In this document: in pieces, positions 36,430-49,723 of the stretch
Numbering within the stretch: the first letter of the stretch is position 1
How the letters are laid out: each line of letters opens with the position of its first letter
Source of the DNA: Vicugna vicugna
Taxonomy: Eukaryota
Assembly (NCBI GenBank): GCA_013265495.1
Contig: MU063738.1
Location: 744,001 to 808,000 of the forward strand
Length of the DNA: 64,000 nucleotides
Reading direction: 5' to 3'
Notes under the pieces: model-generated
Databases searched by the model: none
Seen by the model: only the letters and a program-made list of their open reading frames with translations
Told to the model about the DNA's origin: nothing
Program-made: the position numbers and the translations under genes

Positions 36430-37250
36430 TGTGATACTATGATTTATAACAAGAAATAGATGTATTTGGTCTTCGACCCCATCTCTGGCCCAGAGCTCCT
36501 AAAACTCTAGGAGTTCCCTAGTGCTGAGGGCCTTGAAGGTGTCTTTTGGCATGTTAATGGGGCGACTTTTAGAAAGCACCTGAATGTGAGGACTGGCCAC
36601 CAGGAGAACCAACCCCGAGACTAGAGGGCAGAAACTTTCAGCCCCACCCCGACCTCCGGGCAGGGGTCCGGGGCTGGAGGTTGGACTAACAGGTAAGGAT
36701 TTAATCAGTCCTGCCTATATAATGAAGCCTACATAAACCTAAAAACTCGGGGTTCCGAGAGCTCCTGGGGTGCGAAGGCGTGGAGGGGCTGGGAGAGTGG
36801 TGCCCAGACAGCGCGGACGCTCCACCTCCATTTCCCCATCACCTGTCCCATGCAGCTCTTTGATCTGGCTGTTCCTGAGTTACAACCTTTTATGACTGAC
36901 CGGTAATCTCGAACGGCAGTGTTCTCCTGAGTTTGGTGAGCCGCTCTAGCAAGTTAACGGAACCCAATGAGGAGACTGTGGCAACCTCCATGCTACAGCG
37001 GTTGGTCAGATCAGGTGACAACCGGACTTGCCATCAGTGTCTGCAGGGGGTGGGGGACAGTCTTGCAGGACTGAGCCCTTCACCTGTGGGATCTGCTGCC
37101 TCTCCAGGGAAACTGTCTGAACTGAGCTGAACTGTAGGACACTGTGGTGTCAGAGAACTGGTTGGGGGAAACCCCACATCAGAATGGGTGTCAGAATCGA
37201 AGATGATGTAATAGGAAAAATAAAACTGTACCCTGAGGTGCGACTTTCTA
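36430..37250 (+). mobile_element. Solo LTR, MER21-like
   Basis: tgtgatactatgatttataacaagaaatagatgtatttggtc...cagagctcctaaaac...aactttcagccccaccccgacctccggg...gatttaatcagtcctgcctatataatgaagcc. Confidence 0.8.
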
Positions 37251-37439
37251 GTAGAGCAACTTAGGACTAAGAAGGTAAAAGCAGCCCCAGGGGATGGCTC
37301 TGCCGGGTTGGCCTGGTGCTCCTCACTCAGGACTGAATGGCCTTCCACGCGTCTGTCCCTTCGCCCCCTGCACCGCCATCCCCGCCTCTCCTCCCCTGCA
37401 CCTCCACTCACTAAACTGGGCTTCCTTCCCTGCCGCTTC

Positions 37440-37800
37440 CCCAGACTCTCTGGCCAGGGCTGCCAAGGAGCTGCACGTTGCTAAATTCAATGAAGACTTT
37501 TTAGTCCTGTCTTTCCAGCCTCTCAGTTGAATTGAACAGTGTCAGTCACTCCTTGAAATTCTCCCTTTGTCAGCCTCAGTGACACTGGGGTCTCCCTGCC
37601 CCACCAGGATCCAGGCTCCCTCCTCCTCCCTGCCCACCTGGGGGCCCTGCCTGGGGGCCCTCACCCGGGGGCCTGCTGACTTACTGGAGTCCTCTCCCCG
37701 CTCCCCCGAGAGGTCACCCTCGGTACAGGGTAAGGGAAGTTGGATGGCAGGGCTGGCACACAGTGGGTTCTCAGTAAACCCTTGTTGAATGAATGAGTCA
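37440..37800 (+). mobile_element. LINE-2 fragments
   Basis: cacgttgctaaattcaatga...cagtcactccttgaaattctc and tail ggcacacagtgggttctcagtaaacccttgttgaatgaatga. Confidence 0.7.
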
Positions 37801-39124
37801 AAGGGTCATGTCAAAATATTTTCTCCAGGAAGGATATGGCTGAGAACACTGCCAGGTTCCAGGGCAGGAAAGAAGGCCCTGTGGAAAGACAACAATTGCT
37901 AAAAGCTTTCACGACAGCTGTCTCCCCCGGGCGTTCCCTCACTCACGCTCCCCTGCCTCGGGCATCTGCCTGCAAACTGGCAGACACCTACTCTGGCAAA
38001 GAGCTGAACTTCTTCAGCTCGGGCTTAGACAACCATACAGTCACCCCCTTCAGTTCAGCGACAACCCCTGCCATCTACCCACCAGAGGCCAACACTCACA
38101 TGGCCCTAATGCTTTTGGAAGGCCCTCCTTTGTGGAACTTGCCCAGGACAGCCTGAAAATGAAGGACCAAAGCAGAATTTGCAGGGAAGTCGTGTGTGAC
38201 GCTGTCTGACCTCGTAACGTGCACTTATCCCGGCCAACGCAGAGCACACAGCGCTTCGGTCAAACAGTGCCGCTTTGAAGGGACTGCTGGGGGAGCCCTG
38301 CGGAGGCCACACGTTACCCCAGTCTCTTCCCCTAACCAGGACACTGGACAGGTTCTTCTTTACACAGACCTGAACCACCCTCCAACTCCAAATGTAAGGT
38401 CACTGAGTTTTCCCGTCATCCACTTCACGGTGGAATTTAATTAAGTAGGGGCTTCTCCAGCCACCCAATTATGGGCGGAAACTTAAGCCGGGACAATTGC
38501 TTCTGCGTCCTCCACTTATGAATTACGCCACGTAGTTCGTCATCAGTTCCGTCCTTCGGGACAGACTGCAGTGTTTACACCACAGTGGCTCCCGAAGAGG
38601 CAACTTTAAAAGCATTTACGCCATCGTCTTCTCCCTCCCTTGAAGTAGCCACCTCTTCATTTGGGAAGACAGTTTCGGGCAGGCAGCCAAGAGAACTTTC
38701 TTTGCCTGGGGGGATACGGGTTTCTAACGGTCCTCAGGTCCCGGACAGATCGAGATGCCACCCAAGGTATTTTTCATCCCAGCCTCCCTTCCCCTCAAAG
38801 AACAACCCGTACATTCTTCTCTAACATAAAGATTTCCAATAACAGCAGAAAACTAGCAGTTAATAATAGGTCCCAACATGCAAATTACAGTGGTCTGCAA
38901 AAATAAAGCTTCATGGGGGAAAATTTTGCCAGTTACCACTGTGAGGTGGATGCAGCAAAGGAACAGTGTCCTCACCCCACAGAAATCTGGATGTCCTCCC
39001 TCAGCTGGCAGACAGGGATTCTGAGCACAGTCCTCGGAGACGGTTCTGCGGAAACCACACCGTGGCTTGTCCCTGCCTCCTCAGCAACCTTACGGTCGCA
39101 CACCCGAGGTTTGTTCCCTCTGCA

Positions 39125-39245
39125 TTTCTTTTCTTTTTTCACTTTAAGGTCACTCGTGTATTTATTTTTAGAGGAGGCGTCAGGGACTGAACCCAGGACC
39201 TCGTGTGTGCTGAGTGCGCCTCTACCCCCACGCTGCACCCCCCCC
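39125..39245 (-). mobile_element. tRNA-derived SINE, Vic-1-like
   Basis: Reverse complement shows gaggtcctgggttcagtccctgacgcctcctctaaaaataaata with an A-rich tail. Confidence 0.8.
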
Positions 39246-42191
39246 ACACTTCCGAGGAGCACGCGGGGCAAGGCCGTGCCATGGCCTGTTGCCTTCTCAG
39301 CGCTTCGGCTAAGGCGACGTCTGGGACCACACGTTATCTGTAGAGTTTTCTTTCTTGCCAGCTGACCCGTAAACGCTTTACACCCTGGAGACCCGGAGGG
39401 AGATGGCTTGCTCAGGATTTCAAAAGGAGAGCTCCCAGGAGGCCCCTAGGTTCCTTCATTCTGAACCGCGCACCGCGCCCCGCCACCCCGAGACTCTTTT
39501 TTTTATCAACTCTACCAAGAAACACTGGGCAGCACTGTCCAAAGAGATCCTGGCATTAAGAAAGCCCTGTGAACAGAACGCTGACTTGTCTCTAATCTAG
39601 GAGGGCTGCACTGTCACCACCGCCTGGGGCATCCGGGGTCCCGCCTTGGTGGGCACTGTCGTTTTGAGAGACCTCTTGCCTTCGGCCTTATCTCGAAATT
39701 AAGGGCCTTCTTATCTAGGAGTCGCTGAGTTCATGGGCTGCTTACTCTGGAAGCACCTTTGTTGAGGGCTCAGAAGGTTTTCGCGTCAGGGGGCAGGACG
39801 GCTGAATGCCGCATTGTGCACGGGGGTCAGAGGTCAGGGCCGAGAGACCCCGGCTAATGCCTTGCGAAAGACCTCGTTTTCATGGGTGAGGTTCCCAGGC
39901 CTGTGAACGCAGTCCGTCCCTCACCTCACAAAGCCCTGAACAAAGGGGAGGAGAAGAAAAGGGGGCTTAATTCTCAGCCAGCAAGCAGAAGTAGAGCTCT
40001 TGCTCCAGAGACATGGCTCGCAGGTGTCTGGGCGCCCCCGCGTGACTTCTGCCCACATGAGGAGGAAGCGCGGATGGAGGGGGAACACTGAGAAGATTTA
40101 AACTTCTCCAGCCCTCACCTGCAAAGGCCAGGTATCCCACCGGCACCGACACATCCGACGCGCTTTGCAAGCCCCGCCCCCCGCCACCCCCACCCGGAGC
40201 CGGCTGCGGCTTCCTGCAGCTCTCCTGACCCCCGCCCCCCCTCGGGGAGGCCCTCCATCCCCTTGGGGCCTCTCCACTGCGGGGCTCTGCTTCTCCTTCC
40301 ACGAAGGGGAACCTGAGGCTGAGGGTTTCGCCCTGGGTCCGTAGCAAATTTTGGGGGGCTTCATCTCTTCACTTCAGCATCGAAAATGTACATTTTATAC
40401 ACAGAGCGTACACTTAGCGTGACGTCAGCCCGTCCCCGCCTCGCTGCTTAGCCTGTTCCTCCTACACCCCCCAGGTCACCCCCCCAGGTCGGGAAGGAGG
40501 GCAGTCTTGTTATCTAAAGGTAACTATCTTAGGAAAAGATCAGCCTTGAGAACACAGGAAATGACTGGCTGGAAGTCGCCCCGGGTGTCAACATGCTTCT
40601 CTGGGCAACCCCGAGATGGACTCTCTGTTCTGAGGCCTTCTGATCAGGCCGGGGCTTTAGCATAATCCTTAAAGAAGTCAGGAGGAGGACTAAAATTAAA
40701 AGAAGAGAAAGTTAATCAAAATCAAACCGGTTTTATTTCCGGGGAAGGTGCCTTCAGGCCACAGACAGGAACAAAAACACCCTGTTACTCCCGCCGGCGG
40801 GGCGCGGGCAGCACCAGGGCCCGCACCTCCAGAGGCCTCAGCAGTCCGCCTGCCTGTCTGGGACTGGGAAGCACAAGGCCCTCAGGGGCCCCCTCAGAGG
40901 GACAACCCCGGGGCATCGACCAAGCCTTAGGTTTGAGTAAACATATACTCATCCGCTACCCCTGGAAGGACCTGGAAACAAACGGACAGAAGATGTGACC
41001 TGGGCACAAAAAACACATGCTCCAGCCTCCCTCGGGTGAGCTCAGCTCTGTCCCGCGGGGCCTGAAGAGACACAGAGAAGAACCAGCCTGGTAGCTGGCA
41101 AGCCCCCTTTTGAGACGGGGAAACCTCTGTGCTAACGTCTTTACCAGAAGCCCCCCGTGTACAAAACAGGGAAATCGGGGCTGCTCTGGTTGAAGGGAGG
41201 CAGGAGCTGGGATCCACCTGCCCCGCCGCCAACGCCCCAGTCATCCAGGCGGATGGGTGCCTGTCTCCGTTTAAGGATGTCCAGGGAGACCCTCCCTGAG
41301 CTACAGCCACCGGTAAATTCCTCGCAGAAAAGTCAGTCCTTGTTACGGAGCAGCCCCCAGAAGGTCACCCGTGCCAGTCAAGGGCCCGGAGCCAGCAGGG
41401 ACATTTTCCACGTCCGCTGCCCACACCCACACCCACAGGTGCCTCCGGCGGCAGCGTCTTCAAAGCCGGACAAGAGCGAGCCTCACCACGCGGAGCAGCC
41501 TGGGCACAGTCCCTTCCCAAGCTTTGTCGCCTCCCCCAACCCTTTAAATCCTACACCTGGCTCGGCCCCCGTCTTCCTAATAATTTGCCTTATCAGGCCC
41601 TCGAAGCCTCCAATGCAGGTTTTACAGAAACAGCCTCCTCTTCACACTCACACTTCGTCCATGTGCATAATAATTAAACGCTGTCGTTTCAACCGCACAG
41701 ACAGGTCTGGGAACAAGCAAGTCTCCGCGGGAGCAGGAGGGCCCCGGATCCGAGCCCAGAGCCGTCCCAGGAAGGTGTCACCGCCGCTCCACTGCCGCCC
41801 TTTCCCGTGTGCCGAATACTCCTCTGCTTCACTTCTGGCTTCTCAGCTAAATGTAAGGATTTAGCAGGTGAGGATGGGGTGGGAATGAGGAAGTGAGACT
41901 GACAGAAATACAAATTCGAGTTGTTTCTGAGTCCCTGGGCTCCAATCACATGACGGCGTTATTTCACGTGAACGGCATTATTTTACCGGTAGACCTGTCC
42001 GGGTTAGTCTGGGGTGACTCCCCAGCGCTTCCCCACCCCACGTCGGGGAGTTAAGGAGGTGGGGCTGAGAGGCTTCTCCAGAGCAGGCTGTCAGGTGCAG
42101 ACCAGACGCTGAACCCGAGCCCTGACCTCCCTGGGGCCCCCCAGGCCACCCCGACACAGCACCATCTCTCCCGAGGGCTTCTGGATTCTTT

Positions 42192-42310
42192 GGGGGAATC
42201 AAAGCTGCTCTCATGCATGAGGTCCGGGGCTCAGTCCCTAGCACCTCCATTAAATAAATACATACACTTAACTACCCCTCTCCCCCCCAAAAACAGTTTT
42301 TAAAAAAAGA
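42192..42310 (+). mobile_element. tRNA-derived SINE, Vic-1-like, degenerate 5' end
   Basis: catgcatgaggtccggggctcagtccctagcacctccattaaataaata...actacccctctccccccc tail, as in the other copies. Confidence 0.75.
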
Positions 42311-42399
42311 TCTTACTGAAAAAAAAAAACCACTGTACACGTGCCGATCGTCTGGAGTCACAGTTTTGCTGGGGGTTTCCACACAGAGACGCAGAACAA

Positions 42400-42606
42400 A
42401 CCACCTCACAGATGGTTTGCACATACACACTACTACGTACAGAACAGAAAACTACAAGGCCCTGGTGTGCAGCACAGGGAGCTAGTCACTGTCCTGTAAC
42501 AGCTGACAGTGGAAAGCAACATGAAAAGGAGCGTACGTGTAACTGAACCTCTGCTGAGCACAGAAATTAACTCGGCATCGAAAACCAACTGCGCTTCAGT
42601 TAAAAA
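42400..42606 (+). mobile_element. L1 3' tail (artiodactyl type)
   Basis: acacactactac...aactacaaggccctggtgtgcagcacagggagct...gtaactgaacctctgctgagcacagaaattaac...ttcagttaaaaa. Confidence 0.7.
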
Positions 42607-44984
42607 CCAGGTGCCCAGGGCAGTGCCTGACGCACACGCGAGGTGTGTGCACGGGGTGGACGTCACCTCTGCAAACCGCAGGGGAAGCGGGTGCTGCTGC
42701 ACATGCCGCCTACACGTCCAAGTCAGAAGGGCCGCGGGAGGAGGCCTGCTAACAGAGGGGCGAGGAGACCGATCAGTCAGCAACCCGCTCACTGTACCTC
42801 GAAGGTGATCCTAAACCCGTCGGAAGTGCTAAGAACAGCGGTCTTTGCGGGTTTCCTCACAGAGCCAGCTCCGCGGGAAAGGGCGAGTCCCAAGTCCTCC
42901 CCGATCTCAGCTCAGCGCTCGCCTGAAGGGCTAAGTCGTTAAGCGCGAGTCCCACGTACTGGGGCGCCCACTCCTGTGGGGCGCTGCGGGAAGTCCGAGT
43001 TCCGGAAGGACGCGCCAAGGAGCGGCAGGTGCGGACACCTAGCCTGGAAACTACAAAGACGTCTACCTGGAACGTGTGAGAAAGAAGCGAATGGGAGGAA
43101 CAGTGCAACTCGCGAGGGAACGCTGCTCAATGCGGGAAACAGAAGGCGCAGCACAGATGCCCAGCACGTGGAGGCACACCACCGCGACGCCAGCCAGCCA
43201 GGGCTCCGGGGGACGCGCCCCAGGCGCGAGGCAGCCACTCCCAGCGCTTCACCACCCCGCGCTGGGGAGCTAAGAAGCAGGCTTTAGGGTGTGAGCGCGG
43301 TCCCCGTGGGCGGGGCTCAGGTGCCAGCCCTGCCACACAGCAATAAATCCCGAGTACGTTTCCCTTTTGGCCTCGGAGCCATAATTCTACCCACCGGCAG
43401 GAACACTACGTCTATTTTAAACCTGTTAAAACTTATTTTTAAAACCACACAGTGGGTAGATCACAGGATTAAAACCCAGCAGTCTGGTAGAGGCTTACAG
43501 AAGAATTTACAATAAGCCATGGGAGAGTGTTCCAAGCCTGAAAACTAACACCTTCACTGGCACACAACGCGCACACACGCGCGCACGCAGGCGGTAGCAC
43601 GTGTGCCCAGACAGCCTTCCGAGCGGGGCCGAGCGGGGCACCAGAGGCAAGGGGAATGTGCCGTGGTTCCAGCTCTCACGTCACCCACTGATCCCACGCC
43701 CTGTAAATTCCTTTCAAGATGCACAGGCCCCCACCGTCTCCCCCTGCCCTCTAAACACACCCCCCAAACGCACTGCCGCTGCCTGTGAACTTCCTGCCCC
43801 CCCACCCCCCTGCCCTGCTGTCGCGCTGCCCCGTGCCCTGGGTGCACAGCTCCTGTGCTTCTGACCCGCCTGATTCCTGCTCCCAGCTGTCCTCGCTCTC
43901 AGTGTCAGAAGTCAACACGCCACTGCCTGTCACCAGCTGACCCCTCCGCTGCGTGGACTGAAGTCAGGTGCCCGCTGCTGTGCCCGGCACAGTTCTTGGC
44001 AAGTCGCAGATGAGTCATCCACATGTGCTGGGGGGGAACCACTGCCTGCCCCACTGCTTGCATCCTGTGCAGCACCTGGCCCAGCCTAAGCGCTGGTGGG
44101 ACGCGGTGCAGAATAGGCGTGGCACATCCAAGTCTGTGCTGCTGCAGGACCTCATGGCCGGGTCCTGTGAGCTGTTTGTTGTCACTGTTGAAAGGCCACT
44201 ACGAAGTTCCACGTACACAGCACTGAGGAGCCCCTGCCCAAGTCACAGTGAGCAGTAGTAACCAAGGCAGGAATTCCGCGCCCAGCTTGAGCCCCGGCAG
44301 GGCAGGCGGTCCAGGGCCTCCCTCTGCTCTCCGCTGTGGAGTAACCCCCTTGCTGCCCAGGGGCACCTGCAGCAGGACACTAAGGAGGGACACAGATTAG
44401 ACCCCTATCTGCTCCAGCCTCGGCAAGCGCACGGGTGACGCGAACCATTTCCTGACTCTGCTGCCAGGACTGCGCCAGCGGGTGGGGGTGGCGGGGCTGT
44501 GACCTCCCTGCCTTCTCAGTACTTCTCCCCATTTGGTGTCTTCGTGGACAGAGGCTTCCTATGTCCAGAATGTCCAGGAACTTAGCATTTCTGGGAAAGC
44601 CCTGCAGCAGCTCCAGGAAGGTAGACTGAGAATGACTTCCCCGCACTGCAGCTCGCCACGTGGTAGCATCAGCTGACTGTGCGTTAAGGGCCAGGGCGAG
44701 GGCGGTCGGCCGCTGGCCACAAACTTAACGTGAGAAGACACTGGAAGCCAGCTCCAGAGGAAACAAGCCAGTGGTGCCTCCGATCAAAGGCTCTCAGACA
44801 GGATTCCTGGTGGGGCCGAGCTGGGACGAATGTATTCGGTTGTCTGGCTCAGAGGATTCTGTCTTAGACAAGGAGTCTGTGTGATGGAAGACGCCACAGT
44901 GAAGGCAGATCTGGGCAGAGAAGCAGGAGACGCAAAACCGAGGAAATCCCCTCCTCAAAGGAGCTCCTGTTCCTCTGGAAACTC

Positions 44985-45340
44985 TATTTGAGCTTCAAGG
45001 CCCAAGGAAAATGGCACTTTCTCTGTGAAGCCCTCCCTGACCGCTCCAAGTGCAGCCCTGCCCTGCTGGCCTGCAGGCACCGCACGTCTGAGCCGGTACC
45101 AGTCACCTGCACCCTGCGCCTCCTCCACCAGACCACAGCCTCCTGCACAACTCCCTCAGATTTTTCTCGATGGGAAACAACGTACGTATGTGTCTGCCGA
45201 CTTCTGCCTGCCTGCTTTCACTGTCTGAGCTCCCCCAGGGCAGGACGGTGTGAGTCTTGCTGGGAGCCACTGTGCCCAGTTCCCAGCACTGCCTGCAGCT
45301 GGGAGGCACTCACCACCGCTTGCTGAATAAACGAACAAGG
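44985..45340 (+). mobile_element. LINE-2 3' end
   Basis: ttctctgtgaagccctccctgacc...tgagctcccccagggcaggacggtgtg...gcttgctgaataaacgaac. Confidence 0.7.
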
Positions 45341-46059
45341 GAGTGGGCGTCGGCTCCTCAGGGGCCTGCTCTGCTCCTCCCGCACCCTGCGCGGCGGCGG
45401 GCACGGGTCATCACGGCAAAGGCTGGAGGAACGAGGCTTGGGGTTTTTAATGATTAAGGTTTTGAGTGGTCTACTCTTACGTAAACTGCCATCGAAAACA
45501 AGATGTAAAAATATGCTGCCCTAATTAGCACGAAATTTGGATGGAATATAAATCTGAAGACGGATAATTAAGAATTTAAGTAAAAACCAAAGATACACTC
45601 AAAGCTGGGGACCTGTGTGGTCTTCATTAGGGTCCCAGCAAGATGGAAGCGAACGGTGCCAAGGGAGAGCGCCCTCTGGAGACCCCTGGGAGGACCGAAT
45701 GCCTGGGCGGGCCTCAGCTGCGCACCGCCCGCCCGGGACTCTGACTCACAAGTGGAAAGCCGTCTGCTCTTCACACGCCTCCCAGCGAGGGGGCCGGTCC
45801 GGAGTTCGAGGACACTGAGGCCAGAGGATAAGCAACCAAGGTGACAAACCACATCGGCTGTGAGTCTGGGCTCCGAGGCAGGTCCAGCCCACTCCCAGTC
45901 CAGCGCTCTTCCCAAGACGCCCTCAAGGGGTCCGGGCCAGCCCAGACCTCTGTCCAGACCCCCGTGAGGCCTCAGCACGCTCTGCTGCCACGTCCCCAGT
46001 GTGGAGCCCCCTCTGGGCCAGGAGCAGTGCCAAAGGGAGCGGTGCCTGCAGGTTGGCTT

Positions 46060-46225
46060 TAGCATCAGACAGGCCCCCTGCTGTGACCTCAGGCACGTGC
46101 ACCACGCCTCCCTGTGCCTCAGTTTCTCCACCCATGAAATGGAATAAGATGTGCCCTCCCCGCTCCATGTGGCTGTCGCAGGGATGAAACGGGCAGGTGT
46201 TTACAACGCACTCAGCACAGGACTG
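46060..46225 (+). mobile_element. MIR
   Basis: ctgtgacctcaggcacg...ctgtgcctcagtttctccacccatgaaatggaataa...cgcactcagcacag. Confidence 0.75.
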
Positions 46226-48299
46226 TCCTGGAGCATCACATTACCAGGAGAAAGGTGACTGGCCCAGTTGGACCCTGGCTGCTGCCACACTGGCCTTCCT
46301 GGCTACGATGCTCCCTGCCCTGCCCTGCCCTCCCTCCGCCTGGCCTCCCAAGCAGAGGGCAGGGCTCCACGGGAAGACGTTCAGCAGCAAGTCTGGTGTG
46401 CCTGTGGTGTGCACGTCCAGCCCCACAAAACCCTCCAGCCAGAAGCAGCCGCTGGCTCTACTGTCCTGAGGCATTCTGTCCCCTCACAGGGGCTGACTCT
46501 GCGCCAGATCAGTGCCCTCTGCCCCAGAGGTCTCTGTGAGCAGGTCTTGTCCCCACAGGGCCCCCCGCTCCAGCTCAGGGCCCTTCCCAGGAGGGAGTCC
46601 CGGTGTGCTGAACAGGATAGATGCCTGCACTCCAGGCTTCCTGCCTGGAAGACACTGAAAGACTGTTTTCTGGGGCAGGAGAAGAGAAGGCTCTCTGGGA
46701 GAGACCGTAACACTCAGGTTGTATAAGAAAGGTGACAGCCTCCCTGCCCCCGCCCCCAGTAGATGTAACAACCACAGGCATCTGGGGAGGAAGGGCCCAG
46801 GGATGACCACAGTGTCCTCGGGCCGTCGGTCATGGAAACGCTGGAGGGCCGCCCAGCCATCCCCCCTGATGCTGCACATCCTCCCCTGGCTGCCTCCTCA
46901 GGAGCCCGAGCCGGCAGGGAAGGCAGCTCTTTGATCCCTGCTGGCCCCAATCAAACATCATTTACAAGTTAAGCTGTGAGCCATCCCCAGAGCAAGGGCC
47001 TGGGCTGAGCCCTCCCTCCGTGGATTAGAGCCGGGGTCATTAAATTTTACATTTGAACTCTGGCAATCCTTGGACTGGCCTCCACTTTACAACGTCCCCC
47101 CTCTCCTAACTCACCAGCCACAATCCCGCTGCAAGTTTGGGGCTTGAATGAGAAGGAAACCACGGGCCGAGCCAGCCCCGCCCCAGGCGGATGGCAGGCT
47201 GAGTAGCTGCGACGTGCCCTGGCACACCTGCTCAGAAGCCAGGCTCCGGCAAGACACCCAGTGAACACGCAGCAGCCGCGGCCCCAGGACAGGGAGCTAA
47301 GCTCACGGCACACAGCCTTGGTCTCCTGGGCGGGGCAGGCAGAGCACCAGTTCTAGGAATGACCTAGGAAAGGCTGGTGTCCGAAGGAAGGAGGGAGGGG
47401 CCCAGGGATGGGGTGCTGGAGTCGCCCGAGAGATTTTCACGTCTTCCGCGGTGGGTGAGGCAAAGAACCGGCGTAAGAACTCTCCTGCACACCCTGTGTG
47501 GACCTGAAGCGGCGCCTCAGCCGGGGTGGCAGAGGGAGCCGTGCGGGAGGAGGTTATGAAGGGACCCTCCCCTCTGCCTTCTCCGAGCCAGGCACTCAGG
47601 ACTCAGGGCTCAGCCCAGGATCTTACCAGAAGGAGGAATGCCCAGAGGTCCCTGAATAGACCTCTGTTCTACAGAATATTCTGTTCATGAACTGACTCCT
47701 CTTACGACACCCCCAGTAGTCATCTTAGCCAAGTGACTCCAAGGGTCCCAAGTCACATTCTTACCGTGGTGGGGGTCAAAAAGCTAGAGGCCAGCGGGAC
47801 TCTGCTTCCGAGGAGCTCCCAGTGCTGGAGATGCCCTCCCCTCCCAGGCCTTGCCCAATTCTTTGGCTCTGACCACGAGCCCTGAGACGGAGTGTTCGTA
47901 CTTGCACTGGGGCTCCGCTGGGGAGCACCTCACAGGGCAGTCAGGGATCCGGGCAGCCCAGGGCTGCGAGGCTGGGGGAGGGAGTGGTCACAGCAAGGGG
48001 CATCCGGCCTCCCATTCAGCTCCTAATCTCCAACTTCCTTCGGTCCCGCAGGTCGGCAGGGAGACGAGGGGAGGGAGTGTGTACCCCAGGGTGGAAGCTC
48101 CCGGGAAGGCCAGTGTCAGCCCTCTCTCTCAGGCTGCTGGAATTTCCGAATCCTCTCGGAAGCGTGGTTTCCAAGTCGTCTGGGAAGGTCCCAGGGCTGG
48201 TCCCTGTCCTCCAGGATGCCTCTCCCCAGATCACGGGCTCTCGAATTATCCCAGAGAAGGGCTCCAGGTTCCACTCCGCTCAGAGACATCCGGTCAGCT

Positions 48300-49450
48300 G
48301 TGGGCTGGCAAATTCACCCCGACCCCCACGCCAGGTCTCTGCCTACACCTCCCAGCACCTCCTTTCACACCGAGAGACCCCCAGACCTTGCGGGGCTAGG
48401 GGAACCTAGCCGGGCCCCGGGGGGGCGGAAGCCTTCTCTCCTTCCACTCCCCAGACCCCCAAGACCCCGGCTCCCACAGCCCTGCAGGGAACCGGGGAAG
48501 TTCGGTCCAGTTGCGCTTCGTCCGGTCCCCGGGGACCCTACGCGTCCTGCCTTCCCTCCCTTCCCGAGACCCCTCCACACCCCCACCTCCAACCCCGGTG
48601 CCCACAAGCCGAACGCTCGGAGCCAGAGACTCAGGTGGCGCTGCCGTCCTCCGTCCTCCGCGTCGCAGACGCGAGGGGGGCCAAGACCCTCCCCCTTGCG
48701 CACCCCACACCCACCCCCGCGAGGCTGCGGTCGCGGTGGGGCTGGGGGCGGGAACGGGGCGACGACGCGCCCGCGGGACTGCGGCCCGGCGGCGGGCCCG
48801 GGGCGCTTACCTGCGGGGGAAATTCGCCGTCCTCCCCGCCCTGGGCGGGGGCAGATGCAGCATCCTCCCCGGCGCAGGCGGCCGCCGGCCGGTGGGCACC
48901 CAGCGCAGGACCGCCGCGCCCGCGCCGCCGACCCCGCGGAGGTCTGAGCGCGGCCACGCGGACGGCCGGGGACCCGGGACCGGCCCTCGCCCCTCCGCTC
49001 CCGCCTCTCCCCCGCCCGCTCGCACTCCCGGCTCCAGCTGCACTTAAAGCGACAGAGCCCCACTTCCCCGTCGCCGCCTCAGGTCCCGAGCCCCGGCTGC
49101 GAGCGGGCCCTTTAACGCCCGGAGCAGGTAGACAAAGAGCTGCCGCGGCGCGGCCGTTCCAGGACCGGGAGGTGCGACCCGGCCGGGGCCCCGACCTCCA
49201 CCCGGGCGGCTGCGGGTCACAGCCCCCCATGCCGGCTGCGGGTCCTAAACCCCACCCCACCCCACGCCGGCGGCGGGTCACCTCCCCCGACGCCGGCTGC
49301 AGGTCACAACCCCCACCCCACGCCGGCTGCCGGTTGACCCCAGCTCTTCCTCGCGCTGCGCGGGCACATGGGTGTGGGCATCCCTGGTCTCTGGGGACAG
49401 GAAGCCCGCGTGCGGTGGGTCGGGGAACCTGAACCCTCCCCAGAGGGCTT
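48300..49450 (-). promoter_or_regulatory. CpG island / internal NAV1 promoter for the short isoform
   Basis: Very high GC with dense CpG and GC boxes around the ATG exon at 48811-48863. No upstream ATG between 48864 and about 49050 on the minus strand. TSS not pinpointed. Confidence 0.85.
48811..48863 (-). CDS. NAV1: NAV1 alternative first coding exon (short isoform N-terminus MLHLPPPRAGRTANFPR)
   Basis: ATG at 48863-48861 in context gggaggATG (A at -3). 17 codons plus AG, then donor GTAAGC at 48810. Phase 2 joins C-TGG-GAC of the 16819 exon to give S-W-D-E. Resembles the recalled human short-isoform N-terminus MLHLPLPRSGRTVNFPR. Confidence 0.9.
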
Positions 49451-49698
49451 CCTCCAGCCGCCTCTCGGCCCCTTTCCAGGCTTTTAAAGTGGTGGGAGTA
49501 GGAGCATGGGATCAGCACATCCCCTAAAACCAGGTCTGCACAGGGTGCCGTGGGGGGTGCCAGGCAGGTGGGGCACAAGTGCCAGAGGCAGCTCAGAACT
49601 GTCCTCCTTACGGAGGGCGGGGGATGAGCACCCCCTCACCCGAGCAGTGCTGACCACCGGAGGTGGGGGCCTAGCCTCTCTCCAGCACCAGGGGAGGC

Positions 49699-49723
49699 GG
49701 GGGGGGGGGGGGGGGGGGGGGGG
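49699..49723. repeat. Poly-G run (25 nt)
   Basis: Uninterrupted G tract just upstream (in minus-strand sense) of the CpG island. Confidence 0.9.

Noticed and set aside
48864-49043. Open frame upstream of the short-isoform ATG (possible GTG/CTG-initiated extension)
   Set aside because: Sixty stop-free codons are unremarkable at this GC level, the ATG has a good Kozak context, and the TSS is unknown.
48216-49578. Several long overlapping ORFs (232-315 aa) on both strands
   Set aside because: Pro/Arg/Gly/Ala low-complexity products expected from a stop-poor CpG island. Only the 53-nt exon has splice and homology support.
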